Positions 13,748 to 28,500 of a stretch of DNA of 64,000 bases are shown here, piece by piece; position 1 is the first letter of the stretch, and each line of letters begins with the position of its first letter. The DNA comes from Schmidtea polychroa (Eukaryota): the NCBI GenBank assembly GCA_044892525.1, contig CM097885.1:33854001-33918000 (forward strand), given 5' to 3'. The notes under the pieces were generated by a model. That model worked only from the letters and a program-made list of their open reading frames with translations, made no database searches and was not told the origin of the DNA. Both the position numbers and the translations under genes were made by a program.

Positions 13748-15810
13748 GTAATTTGTGCAAATGTATCATTTAAATATCGTTTAATAAAATATTTATAAAG
13801 TATTTCTTATTTTAATATATATTTTGATTGTAGTTTATTTATATGTCAATTAATTGTTATAATTAAAGGAACTGTTTTTCTCAGTTTAATCTCTGGGACA
13901 AAGCTAATTCAGCTTAATTCTAGATCAAAGAACTGTCAAAGAACTGTCATAGTTGACCTTACATTACATTATAGTTTTGTTTGCTTGTTTATATAACGCA
14001 ATCCTTGGAGTATTGGAACACTTTTTACTGACTTAAATGAAGAAGACAGAATTCCGGGATAACTGTTTTAGTATGATGCATTATTTAAAAGTTCTCAGTG
14101 GTTCTGATATCATGAAATTTACAAACAAATTTGAATTCGATGCAACTATTTTTTGTATTTTATTCAATTTGTTTTGTAGAATTTATTTCGTATAATCAAG
14201 AATTTATTGCATTAATTAAAATTTTAGTCACTATTTTCCAAATGAAAACAAAATTTTGACTTTATAGTCCGCACTATTACATTTATGAAATAAGAGTAAA
14301 ATGTTTTGGGTGAAATCATTTGAAAGAAAAAGAGTTTTTATTCGTATGTGGACTTTTTTTGTTCTATAATATTTAGGCTGTTTATATCTTGTGCGTAGCG
14401 TATTAAGTTTTTAAATATCTATTAATGCGTGTGTTGTTAGGAAATCTGTAGAATCCAGCCGAGTCACCTATAAAATTACTGTCTCGGGGCAGCTGGGGTG
14501 TTTGTATGTAATATTAGTGTTTAAGAATAACAAAACAGAATAAATATTATAAATATTAATAATATATAAAAACTATTATAACTTTACAAATTTGTTCTAA
14601 CAATAATATGTACCTGGAAGTCCGGAAGGAAACTGACAATTTCGATTCAATTACATTTATCTCCAGAAATTTAGAGACGGATCATGAAACTTTGAATATG
14701 TTGTTCTGTGTTGGAAACTCAGGGGTTTTCTTACGATGTGTTTTACTAAACGACAAAACTTTCAAATTTGTGAACTTAAATTTCGGACTTTTTGATGGGT
14801 GTTCTCAAAAGGTGACAATTTATATTTTGTCGTTTTTATATTATAGAATTTAAGTCTAGTTTTCTTAAATACTAATATCTCCAGATCTGTTATCTTATAC
14901 TTTGAGGTTCTTGTTGAATCTTCTTGGATTATTTAGTTTCTAATTCAGTTGTCGAATTTTCGTTTCTGATTTTTTTTAAAACTTTTAATTTTCAATTCTT
15001 TTATCGATTTTTATTTGTAATTTCTCTATAATAAATTATTACTATAGAGAATTACTCTATATAACTCTATTATTTGTTTACGAAAAGTAAGCCCCGGTGA
15101 AAAATAACGATTGCAAATCGTAATTACAATTAAAAAATTACAATCAGTAAATTAACACCACACTACAGTATTCAAATACTAAGACTTGGAAAGCTATATT
15201 GCTATTATTTTCAAAATATGCTTTTATTAAAATGGTGGCACTCATGATTTCTATATTTTTATAATACATTTAAACCAGACTAACAGGCTAATAATTGCGT
15301 GTCCTGTGTTTAGAAAAGTACGGACAGAACTATGTCCATGATTAAAACATTTCTATGTCAAAGTGATTTTGATTTTTTTATAATGATTTGTCATATGTTC
15401 ATTCACTATAATGCTAAGTTTGTTTATTAATTATTAATAATATTAAAAATATTTTATTGACATTATTATCTGGTACATCATAGAGAAGTGGTTTACCCCA
15501 ATAAAGACGCGAACAATATAAACGTAGATAAAAAAGGAAATATATCCACATAGTCCATATAGCTTTTATTATTAGCCTTTTTTAGAATCAAGTTATAAAT
15601 ACTTCATGATTCGATATAAATATATCTCTTCATTTATTGTTCGCGCCTTTATTGTCCGCGTCGTTTTTGTCTTCTCTGGTTTTGCTGCGCCTTTATTGGT
15701 GGATTCCCAGAGAAGGTATATTTCACAATTAAGAAATGATTATATTTTAAGTGTACATTTATTTTAAATATGTAGATATTTAAATATTCTAATGTACATT
15801 TTTTGTTTAG

Positions 15811-15949
15811 GAAACTGTTGAAGAATGGCTCACATTTCTCAATCTCAATATTTATGTTGACATGGTTCTTAATCAAGGATATGACACAGTTGAAAAATTA
15901 ACTGAAATCACTTGGGAAGATTTAGAAGAAATAGGGATAAGGCGGTTGG
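15811..15949 (+). CDS. caskin: Caskin-like protein, exon encoding most of SAM domain 2
   Basis: TTTTGTTTAG| ETVEEWLTFLNLNIYVDMVLNQGYDTVEKLTEITWEDLEEIGIRRLG |GTAAAG; ITWEDL.EIGI..LG is the Caskin SAM2 signature; phases match the flanking exons. Confidence 0.92.
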
Positions 15950-16723
15950 GTAAAGTATTCGAAATTATCTATAAATTTCTGCATAATTAAATCTATTATT
16001 ATTTATTATTTTCAAATTTATTTATAAATTGACAGTTTGTTTTTTATATAATTTTCAAGTTTTTGATCAATCTTTCCAAAAGTTTTTATATATAAATATA
16101 TTGTCAGTTTTTTTAACTTTGGAAATCTTTACATAATGAAATATAATTCATTTCAGATTTTCTGAAAAACAATAGAAAATTAAAATAATAAATTACAAAT
16201 ATTGTATTATTTTATTTTTGGTTAAATGTTTGTTAGATATGACTGCAATGCACTATTTGGAATTCGATTTCATACTAAATATGAAATATATGTATATATT
16301 GACAGTTGAGGTTCGTAAAATATAAGCTCAAAATAAGTTGGAATGTGCAAAACATTAAAAGGCAAAAAACCTATAGAAATCCAAAAATAATTAAAAATTT
16401 TAAAAAAAGGTATGTATGGATAGCGAACGTTGAGACAAACACAGATATGCTAATATAAAACTAGAAAAGAGAGTCAATAAATACAAATTAATAAAAATAA
16501 ATGAATAATTTATTAGATATGTTGGAACCCATGGCCATGTCGAAAACCCGACACATGTGGGAAACCCGAGCGATAAACAAGGGAATAATATAATTGAGTA
16601 GGTAGTTAGTAGTCCACTTTCCGCAATTACCCCCATCCCCTTGGGGAGGGGGTAAAAAATTGCGGCAACTCGTTTTTTTTTGCTTTTTTTGATTACGTAA
16701 TTGTGGCAGTGCGCTACTCATAT

Positions 16724-17020
16724 TTTTTTCAATACAAATAGAAGGGGCCTATAGAAAAAAGACCAAGATTTCTCTGATTATAGTGAGGGGGTCTCGATGG
16801 ATCCTCTGCTTTTCAATACAAAATCTTATTATCACTAAAAAAGCATAGAATTTTCAAAGTAAATTAAGGTGGACCTCAATGGTCCTGGGATTTTCAACAC
16901 AAAAAGGCTCCTCAATAAACAAAAGCATGTTAATTTAAGGTCTCAGGATATTTTCAATACAAAAAGGAGGTCTTCACTAAAAAAGCATGGTAAATCTTTG
17001 AATTAAAGTAAATTATGGGC
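16724..17020. repeat. Minisatellite, ~4 diverged 60-85 bp units
   Basis: TTTTCAA(T/C)ACAAA...AAAAG(C)ATG core at ~16725, 16810, 16892, 16951. Confidence 0.75.
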
Positions 17021-17024
17021 TAAG

Positions 17025-17490
17025 GACGATATTTAAATTGATATATTATTTAAATATTCAAATTTTATAATAAATATATATTTGGAAATAGCGTGTTAGT
17101 TTTAACAACACAGAATACATGGAAAGAATTCATTCATAGATCTTAATCAAGAATAATTATTATTGACATCACAGAGTAATGTTATGGTAGCGGCAGATAA
17201 AAAGTCATCGGCATTTTGAGGTGGGTCGAAGAGTTCTAGTGAAAATGGATCACATAAGAGATCAAAACATGGTAATTTGTTCGAAGGTCCTGTAAAGATT
17301 CTTGGTTTTCCAACGGAACATCAAGTTGAGCTAGAATATCCAGATGGGAAAAGATTCAGAAGAATTGAATGGCTGAAAGAGTATTACAGCTCTCAAAGAA
17401 GGGGAGAGTGACGATATTTAATTTGATATATTGTTTAAATATTCAGATTTTATAATAAATATATATTTGAAAATAGAGTGTTAGTTTTAA
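17025..17490 (+). mobile_element. Heavily deleted Gypsy-like LTR retrotransposon (LTR piece, integrase C-terminus, PPT, LTR piece)
   Basis: ~80 bp direct repeats at 17025-17105 and 17410-17490; between them RHFEVGRRVLVK...FEGPVKILG...RRIEWLK (GPY/F-type module); polypurine tract AAAGAAGGGGAGAG directly before TG at 17409. Confidence 0.75.
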
Positions 17491-17695
17491 TGATTTTTAA
17501 TGAAATTTTACTAATACAAAATCCGATTATCACTTGCCGGGCATACAAGGTTTGAGGGTACCCCATTAGATATTTTTTCTAAAAAGATGAAAATTGTATA
17601 TAAAAATGTTTAAACCTAAATTATTAAAATTTTGACCTCATTTAGTTTAAAAATTAAGAAAACAAAAATTGCCAAGAATGAGGCTAATAAATTTA

Positions 17696-19042
<1,347 letters not shown>

Positions 19043-20057
19043 CTAGATTCTACTTGACACAGTTATATGCTGTAAAGTTTGAATAATTTGATTAAAATAT
19101 TTTATGAGACACTCCTGACTTTTGACTGAAAAATTAAACATTATAGTCTCTAAAATATACAATAAAGATAACCAATAAATAATTTAAATAATTTATAAAA
19201 TTGCAATTTTATGTTTATTAATAAATAGTAATTTTAACTTAACACATTGTGGACCGATTGATGAGATCCCCCATTCGGAGATACAATGGAGCGCAGTACT
19301 GTATAGATGGTTTTCAGTATATTTCTAATATATTTTGATGTTCCTTGCTCCCTTTGCTCACAATAAAATAATCACTACAATTTTTTAATATATGAGAACA
19401 AGTAAAATAGATTTGAAAATGGAACTAGTTATTGCTGATAAATAATGCGCAGTAGCTAGCTCATACTCAGTCACAATTCGTTCGGTCGGTAATGTGTTAA
19501 TTTAGTCGTTGAAGGAATTATTTATTTATTTAAAATCTTTTCTAAAATTAAACATATAAAAATAATGATAGATAAAAGCATCAGAAAGATTTGGTCAGTG
19601 TGTTAATAAGATTATAGATAGATAATATAAGATATGGAGATTAGGATCCTATATTGTAGGAAATACCTTAAAAGTAAAGAAAAATGACCTAAAGTGACCT
19701 CTAGTTTCGTTTAATTTTTATATCTACTGAAAAGGTTTTTTCTAAATCTTTTTAATGAATTCTTTATCTGGAAAATCTTTATAGCTCTCTTAACTCCCAA
19801 TTCCGGCCTATATTTCTTGCGATTCCATTTTTAATTTATGATAGGGTTAAATTTAATTTCCGGAAAAATACTGTATTTATTTCTAAAGCATCAAATTAAG
19901 CATTATGAATTCTTTGCGGAATTTTTAATGGCATAAACATATCGTGATCAATGTAAAAACATTAAGTATCAATGTTGTGAATGTGATGTTAAATATTTTT
20001 GTTTTTTATGTTAATAATTTTATGTTTTGACATATTTCATTACTCACCTTAAAAATG

Positions 20058-20174
<117 letters not shown>

Positions 20175-20197
20175 TTTATTTCATTCCCAAAATATAG

Positions 20198-20230
<33 letters not shown>

Positions 20231-20233
<3 letters not shown>

Positions 20234-23200
20234 GGTGGGTCGAAAGTTAATAAATTTTGAGTTCAAGAAAGGAAACATGGTTAAAAAGTTGTATTTTGGT
20301 ATAGAAAAATCGAATCAAACCATTTTACTTAGATTTATGGACATTTACTGCTCCCAACTTTTCTCCGAAAATGCAGTTCAACATAAGTGTGAAAACAATG
20401 TAATTTGGCTAGTGTCGGAATGTGTTTTGCGCCTTTGTCCATATTTAGATGTAGCTTTCTTAAGAGCTTATAAGTATATTATTTACTCTCTTGGGCTGAG
20501 ATAGTATATTCTGTGTCCTCATCCCGCATTGAAATATATCCTGACAACGTCAGTGATTAGGAAGGGCCAAATTTGAATTATCCTTTTCAAAGACAAAAAT
20601 CAACTTTCGAAATTATTTTTTATTAAAAACATCCAGCCAAAAGTTTAGAAATGTATTAGCGAGGGCATAAAAAGAAGTCACATGAAATCAGCTTTGCTTT
20701 GCACCTTGGGCAATTCCTTCCTTGATTTTTTACACAGTAGTACCATACCATGTCTGGACTTGTGACCAAACACTTTGCAACTGGCAGAAGAAACATCTTT
20801 GATGGCTCTTTCAACGGCTTGAGAATGACAGGGAAATTGTTCTAATGTAATTTTCTTATTCATCTTCAATTCATGATCCAATATATGAGATAAAAGAGGG
20901 GGAGGCGTCAAATTACATTTTGTCCAGTCAATCATGTCAACATATGATGTAGCAGACGACTGGAGAAAGACAGTATTCTTGTCCATAGTGCGAATCACTT
21001 CGGAAGGGAGAAAATTTTGTCTTGCAGTTATGATTTTTTCTGTTGCAAACTTTCTGATTTCTTCATCATCATCACCAACAGCAGCTAGGAGTATATTTTC
21101 TGGATGTGAGAAGTAATTGTTGTTCTGAATGACAGGAAAGATGATTTCTTGGTCTGATGGATCCAAATCCTGCAGAAGTTGGAGCATATAAAAAATATTT
21201 CTTGCACCATCTTGGCATGACGAGTGAGTCTTTATATAAAACCATGACGGTCCATAGTAATTGACAATAAATTTCACTATTCGCATGAGAGGTTCAGATG
21301 GAGCAGTTTCGGACATATATTGTCGCAGAATTCTATTAGCTTTCGTTAGCCAGCGACTGTGATTCAAATTTCCTGGTTGTGCCATTTGTAGAAAAGGGAC
21401 ATCCTTGTTGTTGTGGTACCCTTTCTGGACTGCCAAGCATACTCTGAGGAAATACAATTGATCAGTGTTCAATTCTTTCTTGACATTTTCACTAATATCT
21501 ACGACCTTTCCAGGAAGGGACATAAAGGCTACTACGGGCTTGTCTTTTGGATCAAAATCAAGAACGCTTCCTATTTCACCACATGACGTTTTTGGACCTT
21601 TTGTTTCTCCACCATCGACGACTGAAAAATACTTCCTGAATGGCAATTCATTTGCATGCAACAAGCATATCAGCCATTGTAGAGGTCGCCCTAGGCTTTT
21701 TTCGAGTCTTCTGATTATTCCATTATTTTTTCCGGTGTTTGTATTGGTTCCATCGCACACAATTGCTTGAAGGGTCAGTGAGGACTGCGTGCTAACGATG
21801 ATTGACATGATTTCTTTGCCAATATCCACAGCTTTACTACTTTGAGGTACAACATGATCGATATATGTATCCCCTGGAAAGGCGACAATCACATAATGCT
21901 CCTCTTTTAGGATCCTTCTATGAAGTAAGGTGGAATCTTGTTTCCCGTCGAAACCGAGGAAAATCAAGTTTTTCGCTTCTGCTGAATGCTGTTCAATTTC
22001 TCTCTCCCTCCAGTACTTTCTCTGACGCCGTAATTTTGCGGGATCGATGATTGTTTGAGAGGATAACAGTTCCATATCTTTCAGAAAAGCGTTTACTAGC
22101 AAACACGTGTCTCTGTTGCTCACACCACATCTGTCAACAGCTTTACTTAATTCAGGATAATGTCTTCTATTTTGAAATTCATCACATTCTTCTACGCTTG
22201 ACTCTGAGCTTTCTGTTGAATTGTCTAACTTATCTTTACTTTCATCACTAGCGGCTTCACTCTCCGTGTCACTTCTTGAGGTCGGATGTAGATCGTTAAC
22301 TTCAGTGTCCATTATTTCATTTTTCATTTGTTTTCCTTTTCCTGTAGGGCTGCTTTTCGTTTGTTTTCTCTTCAATTTTGAGGTTTCCTGTCTGTCCGTA
22401 TTTCCGATTTTCATGTTTCTGGTAGTTTGTTGGTCAATCCAGAACTCCCACTCTAAGGTAGGAATTTTCAAGGCCAATCGGCATGTACATTGACTTCTTC
22501 CATGAGCACCATCATTAAAACATTTGCAGCAACATATGTCAAACAATTTGGAAAACGAGCTTAACTTATCTTGAAATTTAGCAGATGACCTCTTGCATTC
22601 TGGATACTTCTCTAATTCACGCACTTTCGATACTAGTCGCTTGACACGAACCACAATACTACTGAACTCAACAGTTGGGATACTTGCCTTCATATAAATT
22701 TCCTTCACCTTATTTGCGAGAAGAGTTGCTTGTTCGTTAAAGCCAGTATGAAATTGCGTACATTTCTCATTGTAACAGTAATCACGAAACACATCTTCAC
22801 AAGTAGGTAATTGGTTTCTGGGTAGTTCACAAGTTTGACCAAACAGACAATGACGTGATTTACTTCTTGTTTTGCGAAATTGCTTATTTCTCTGTCCCTT
22901 CATAACTGCTCTTCTGTACTCAGCTCTGGCAAAATAAAAGTGAATCATCAAGTTAACTTTTTTAATTAGGTCCAGCAAACACTTGACATCCAATCGAAAC
23001 AAATTAAATTATCTGAGTTTAGACTGACTAGTAGTATCCATGTGGATTATGTGTTGACTGTAGTGTGTGTGTTAGTATTGTTCAGAAGAAATTGTCTTTG
23101 TGAGTGCTTGTGTGAAGGTGCTTCCGTGAATTAACCTCTCTATACATGCACGCGTTAGCTTGGACTTGTGAATAGAGCATGTCAAAAATGGTCTTTCTGC

Positions 23201-23400
23201 AAGCGTGTGACTGCTTGCAGGATGAATTTACAATGCACGTGTGCGAGCATTTTTACTGGGATAGTACTAATACATACAAACAAAAGTTGGGACCTGTAAA
23301 CCCTTTTAAACAGCAGTCTTTTGCAGGGATATTTCATTTTCTAGCATAAGCACAACTTTTAGGCATGTTTGGAGAAAAAAAAAATTTTCGACCCACCCTA
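20231..23400 (-). mobile_element. Full-length, apparently intact hAT-superfamily transposon (hATm-type), 3170 bp
   Basis: Perfect 15 bp TIR TAGGGTGGGTCGAAA (20231) / TTTCGACCCACCCTA (23400); 8 bp flanks ATATATAT on both sides; contains one uninterrupted transposase ORF. Confidence 0.93.
20678..22903 (-). CDS. hAT-type DDE transposase, 741 aa from ATG 22903 (ORF open to 23002)
   Basis: FDGKQD (D1), VCDGTNTNTG (D2), CLLH (CxxH), SRWLT, PCHSQAVERAIK (E); Cys-rich N-terminal segment; no stops. Confidence 0.9.
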   Translation of the reverse strand: MKGQRNKQFRKTRSKSRHCLFGQTCELPRNQLPTCEDVFRDYCYNEKCTQFHTGFNEQATLLANKVKEIYMKASIPTVEFSSIVVRVKRLVSKVRELEKYPECKRSSAKFQDKLSSFSKLFDICCCKCFNDGAHGRSQCTCRLALKIPTLEWEFWIDQQTTRNMKIGNTDRQETSKLKRKQTKSSPTGKGKQMKNEIMDTEVNDLHPTSRSDTESEAASDESKDKLDNSTESSESSVEECDEFQNRRHYPELSKAVDRCGVSNRDTCLLVNAFLKDMELLSSQTIIDPAKLRRQRKYWREREIEQHSAEAKNLIFLGFDGKQDSTLLHRRILKEEHYVIVAFPGDTYIDHVVPQSSKAVDIGKEIMSIIVSTQSSLTLQAIVCDGTNTNTGKNNGIIRRLEKSLGRPLQWLICLLHANELPFRKYFSVVDGGETKGPKTSCGEIGSVLDFDPKDKPVVAFMSLPGKVVDISENVKKELNTDQLYFLRVCLAVQKGYHNNKDVPFLQMAQPGNLNHSRWLTKANRILRQYMSETAPSEPLMRIVKFIVNYYGPSWFYIKTHSSCQDGARNIFYMLQLLQDLDPSDQEIIFPVIQNNNYFSHPENILLAAVGDDDEEIRKFATEKIITARQNFLPSEVIRTMDKNTVFLQSSATSYVDMIDWTKCNLTPPPLLSHILDHELKMNKKITLEQFPCHSQAVERAIKDVSSASCKVFGHKSRHGMVLLCKKSRKELPKVQSKADFM

Positions 23401-23473
23401 ATATATATAGTATAAATCATACAAAAAAGTTTATAAAACGTTTTATTTTTAATAAATATTTAATTTATTTAAG

Positions 23474-24321
23474 GACACCAAAAGAAAATTATTTTAGCAG
23501 TCGAGAAACTGAAAAAGCTAAAAAAGATGTATCAAAATGAAAAATTGTCTTATTCCTATTCATTGGAAAGCGTTAAAGATTTTAAATCAAAACTGACAAA
23601 TGTAGATTTTTTGCCAGATTATTTATTGAATCCTGAAATTACCAAAACCAATAAAACTATTTTCGAATCTTCTTTGAAATTCTTTCATTTACATAAACCA
23701 ATTCCTCCAATTCGCCAATTGTCACAATTATCACACAGATATTCATTAAGCAATGTCCTAGGGTTTTCTTTGCAGGACAGCAACATGAGTATTTCCGAAT
23801 CAGTAATTCCACCTCCAACACCAAAACGAATCTCCAGTATAAATGCAATGTGTAGTCCAATAAAATTTGCGTCTCAACAAGCCAAAAGTCGACAAGCTTA
23901 TGAAAACATCAGCGAATCCTGTGAATTGTTTCAACAGATTTCGACAAGTGATTGCACAATAACTCAAAATGTTTCGCCAACATCCTCAGAAAATACAGCA
24001 CCAAAATCGACATCTCTACCAAAATCCTCATCCCCGAAAGCTATTCGTTCGAGAAGTTCCTCCATTATGTTCATTGAACTGAATTCTTTGCCATTTGCAA
24101 ATGAAAATTGCGGAACAATCAAACAACGAAGTAGCAGTCTTGGAAGAAATGAAATGTTGAGAGAAGATATAGAATCAGGAATTAACAATAGAAAAGATTT
24201 TATTTTACCTATTAAAAAGCCAGTTCTTCCTTTGTCATTGCCTTATAATATTCAATCTCTTTCTTACAAACCCTTAACTTGTTCCCAGAAGTTAAAAAGT
24301 AAATTGATTGATTTTTTTTAA
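23474..24321 (+). CDS. caskin: Caskin-like protein, end of SAM2 plus Ser/Pro-rich region
   Basis: TTTAAG|GA CAC CAA AAG completes G-HQKKIILAVEKL in frame with the 264 aa ORF (PPPTPKRISS, LPFANENCGTIKQR); a possible donor GTAAAT at 24299 would splice out before the stop. Confidence 0.88.
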
Positions 24322-25065
24322 TATTAATAATAAATATAATAATAATAATAATAAAAATAATAATAATAATTTAAAGATTATATAATTAAATTTAATCATC
24401 ATTAAAATAAGTATAGGTTAATATTTATTATCGATAACACTAATTATTTAGATTATTCATCACAAGCAGTTTTTTGAAATACTGCAATCTTGTAGTTTTT
24501 TAAAAAAAAAGTAATAATAAATGAAAATAAAACATTTAGTTATATATAAATTAATTATTATTATTAAATAATTATATTAATTTTGTTATTTAAATAATTT
24601 AAGTGAGGTTTTCAAAATAATTAATCGTTAAATAGCAAAAATTGTAAACAATTCATAAAATTATTCAAAAATGTTTACTTTTTCTAAAACAAATGAATAA
24701 TTTTTAATAAATTAACAGCAAAATTCGATTTTTGAATAACAGAAATTGCTAAATAAACTTTTAACAATAAATTATTTCCTCAAAGTTGTAATCAATATCG
24801 CATTAAATTTTGGGAATTTAATCATTGCTATTTTGAAAGAAAAAATGATCAAATTTTCAGTGAAATGAATATTTAAAAAGTGATAAACATTCAAAATCAT
24901 TCTGAGATCTTTATTTCAATAAAATTAGGCAGTTGACTGGTTATTAATTGTTTTTTTATGGGAAAAAGCTTTGGAAAATATTTCCCACTAGATATTTTTA
25001 TATTCGTTTTTGTGTTTATTGAATAAATATTAGTCACTGTTACAGTAAAAGTATATATTTTGTAG

Positions 25066-25510
25066 GCAACCTTTTTACATTTCATGGGTTTCAGACCAAT
25101 CTTTGATTTGACTCCTGAATCGACCACAACAACGGTTAAAAACGACAAAAATATCCCATTAATAAGAATAGATTTTGCAAATAATATCAATTACCGTGAA
25201 GTTCATATTTATAAAATCCATAAAATAACAATTTTCCAATCATTGTTTTCACAAACAACACTATTTTCCCACAATTTCATTTTGACACCTATTATATTTG
25301 ATAAGTTTTTTAAGTGTCATGGGTTAAATGACTTAGACAATTTTTTAAATATTTTTGATATACTTGAATGGTAATTGTTTTAGTTTTCTAAATAAAATAA
25401 AGTTTTTTAAAGTGATATTTTATACGATTTATAATAGCGCAGTTTTGGACGTTTGGCTGCAATCGATATTGTGTAAGAAACTCGATCTCATCCAGAATCG
25501 AATCAAGTAA
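25066..25510 (+). CDS. Possible terminal Caskin exons
   Basis: Acceptor TTTTGTAG at 25065; GLNDLDNFLNIFDILE|GTAATT (~25370) splices in frame to AVLDVWLQSILCKKLDLIQNRIK* (~25438-25510); weakly resembles the Caskin C-terminal helix. Confidence 0.35.
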
Positions 25511-28500
25511 CTTTGTGAAAAGACCTCTGAATATTTCATTAAATAACTTTTGATGAGCTGCTTTAAAAATCTTTATTTTGTTCGGTAAGTCATTCGAAAA
25601 ATATAAATCTTTTGACTATATTTTATTACTTTCCGTCATTGAATGCCACTTAATTTTTTAGAGGTAATACAAAAATTTTAAATTTTAAAAAATTTAAAAA
25701 AACCTTTTATTTAAGCAAAATTAAATAATACTTCCTGGGCAAAGGGCCCATTTCATGGGATATTTGGCTTTATGTTTACGGCTTACAAGTCACAAATATA
25801 CTAAGTGACTATATGAAAACTATCATAATCAAAAAATAGAGAATGAAATAATAGCAATTTTTTCTCAACACCATAAAAATAATTTTGATTTATCTAAGTC
25901 GTTTTCAATTATAATTAAAATTATTTTATTTTCTTCAACATTTTATCCATTTTCAACTATTTTCCACAAAATTGATCAAATTTTTTAGAATTTTAAATTA
26001 TGGTGATTATTTAAAAACACATTTAATTATTAAACATTAAAAAATTCATTTATCGTGGACATATTTTTTAAATTTTATTTTTTAAATTTTTCTTAATAAT
26101 CACCGGTCTATTATTTTACCTTTGACAATTCATCGCTATTGTTTCGTAATTATCAAATAAAAAGGAAATTAATACAATAATGTTATTAAAAATTCTCAAA
26201 AAACAATATGAGTGGCTTCAGAATTTTTGGTTGATTTAAAACTGATGGAAAACACAGTCATGATTTTTATTAATATTTGTTTCGGTTCTTAAATTACTAA
26301 TGCATAAAAGTGTAATATTTTATGAAGAACTCTAAAAACAAACAAACAAAATATGTTTTTCAACATATTGTCAATAATAAAAGCATCACTTATGACATTT
26401 TATTGTCAAACCTTTATATAAATTACAAAAGACAATTTATCATTTTAAAGAAATAACTTTATGTTTCTAAATATTAAAAATTATTTTATTAATTAATACT
26501 TTAATTAATATAATATAATAGATTTGGATTACAATAAATATTTTTGCTTGGAACTGTTTTAAGTATTGAAAAGTTTTATTTAGGTTTTTCAAAGTTTAGA
26601 AAGAAATTTTAAAATTTTCCTGAACTAAATGGAGAATTTTATGGAATTTTACATCTATCTTGATCTGAAGCATTTTTTTCATTTGATATTTTTTAAAGCA
26701 TGATTATATTTGTTGAGGATATTTGAAAAACAAAAAATTAAATAATGTTCCAAAATAAATAAAAATGATCGGGAGAAATAAACGATGTCATGATCTCAAA
26801 TTTGGAAAAATTGAATGAGGCGAAGAAATTGGAAAACAAAAAGATAAAGCAAAAAATAAATGAAATCGAACAATGGAATGCCAAGGTCGTTTCTAATTAA
26901 TAAGTCCAAATGAAAATGAGGAAAACAAAAACAAAAACAATTTGGAATTTTACATTTTTACAATTAACAATTTTACACGAGATAATAAATAAATCACTAC
27001 AATCGTCGGAAAAATAAAAGGCCAGAAAACTAAATAAAATTATGTATCTTGACAGATATCACAGATAATGTGGGAATTTGGAGTATTCAAAGGAATATGC
27101 TGGGAAACAATAAATTATATACAAGTGTCAGGAAATCCCAAGGTATAAAAGAAAGACGCTAATTTAAAAAAGACAGAAGAGAGTTTATTGGAGAAGCAGA
27201 ATTAGAGAGGAGATTATAGAAGATGGAATATTAAGAATTGGAAGAGTGAAGAGGTGAAATTGAAACAATATTAAATAAAAAATAAAACGAAAAAGCCAAA
27301 AGAGAAACAGTGTTGTAATAAACACTCGAATACGCATCGAGTCGCATTGAATAACTGATGTCATAGTAATCTTTGTAACCATTTGTGTTATTCAAAAAAG
27401 TTATATTGTTCGGAATTCGTAATTCTTGTTAAATAAAACACACTCCGAGTCAGATAGTAGTTATACATTTGACAAACCACCAAAAACTAGCCACAAACAT
27501 ATTCATCTTATATTTTAATTATATAATAATAAAAAATGGTGAAAAAAACATTTTTTTATCGATAATTATTAAATTTAATGATTATTTATAAAAGAATTAG
27601 GAATATTTGCTTAGTGAATTAATCAAATTTTATTTTATTCAAAGATTTTACTTTAATTTCTTTTATTTAAATTTATTTCTGTAGTCAAAGATTTGAAGTT
27701 TCACTGATGAAATTTTATTCAAACTCTGTTGCATTAAAAGACTAATGATAATTAAAGAATATATTTTTGTCTTTTAAGAAAATGTACTTCAATTAATTTC
27801 CTTTTTTAAATTAATAATTTTTATTTTTCTTCGGGTAAAAAATTTGATCAATAACGTATTTTAATATTAAAATTTAATTGCTAAAATTTATTCTTCGGTG
27901 AAATTGGTTAGTCATTTAATAAATTTATTCATAAATCAAGTTAATCACTAATGAACTGTATGGTTTATAGAATTAATGTATATTTATACAATATTTGCCC
28001 ACTTCTTTGTTTATGGTGATTTTTAATTTTGTTTTTTAAGCAGTTTAATTTTTAGAAATAATTTTAAAAATAAAATATTAAATTTGATATTTTAATATTT
28101 AATATAATTTTAAATAATGCTAGTTACAAAAGGACATTGTTATTCAATATTGATTTAATATATTTCAAAAATAGTAGAAATTTGTCATACTATTTATAGT
28201 ACTTCATATTGCATATTCTACAAAATGATGTATTTTTGAGTTAAAGCTGTAGACAAAAATTGTATTACTTGTGTTGGCAGAATTTGTGTACAAAGAAAAA
28301 TGAGTTGTAACTGTCAACAAATTATTGACAAGATTTTATTAGAAATTTTCACATTTTAAATTATTAAAGCGAATTTTAATGGTAAATGTTTTTCAAAAAA
28401 TTGTTATTTTTAATAGAAAAAGTTTTTCTAATTTTTAAATTTATTAAATAATTAATTTTAAATATTTATAAATACGATCGCCTATAATTTAATATTTTAT

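Noticed and set aside
16520..16575. U1 stem-loop III-like ATGTGGGAAACCCGA
   Set aside because: Part of a tandem CATGT.G.AAACCCGA duplication starting TGTTGGAACCC, better explained as a Ginger-like terminus
20934..22493. Plus-strand ORFs inside the hAT element
   Set aside because: Antisense shadows of the transposase ORF
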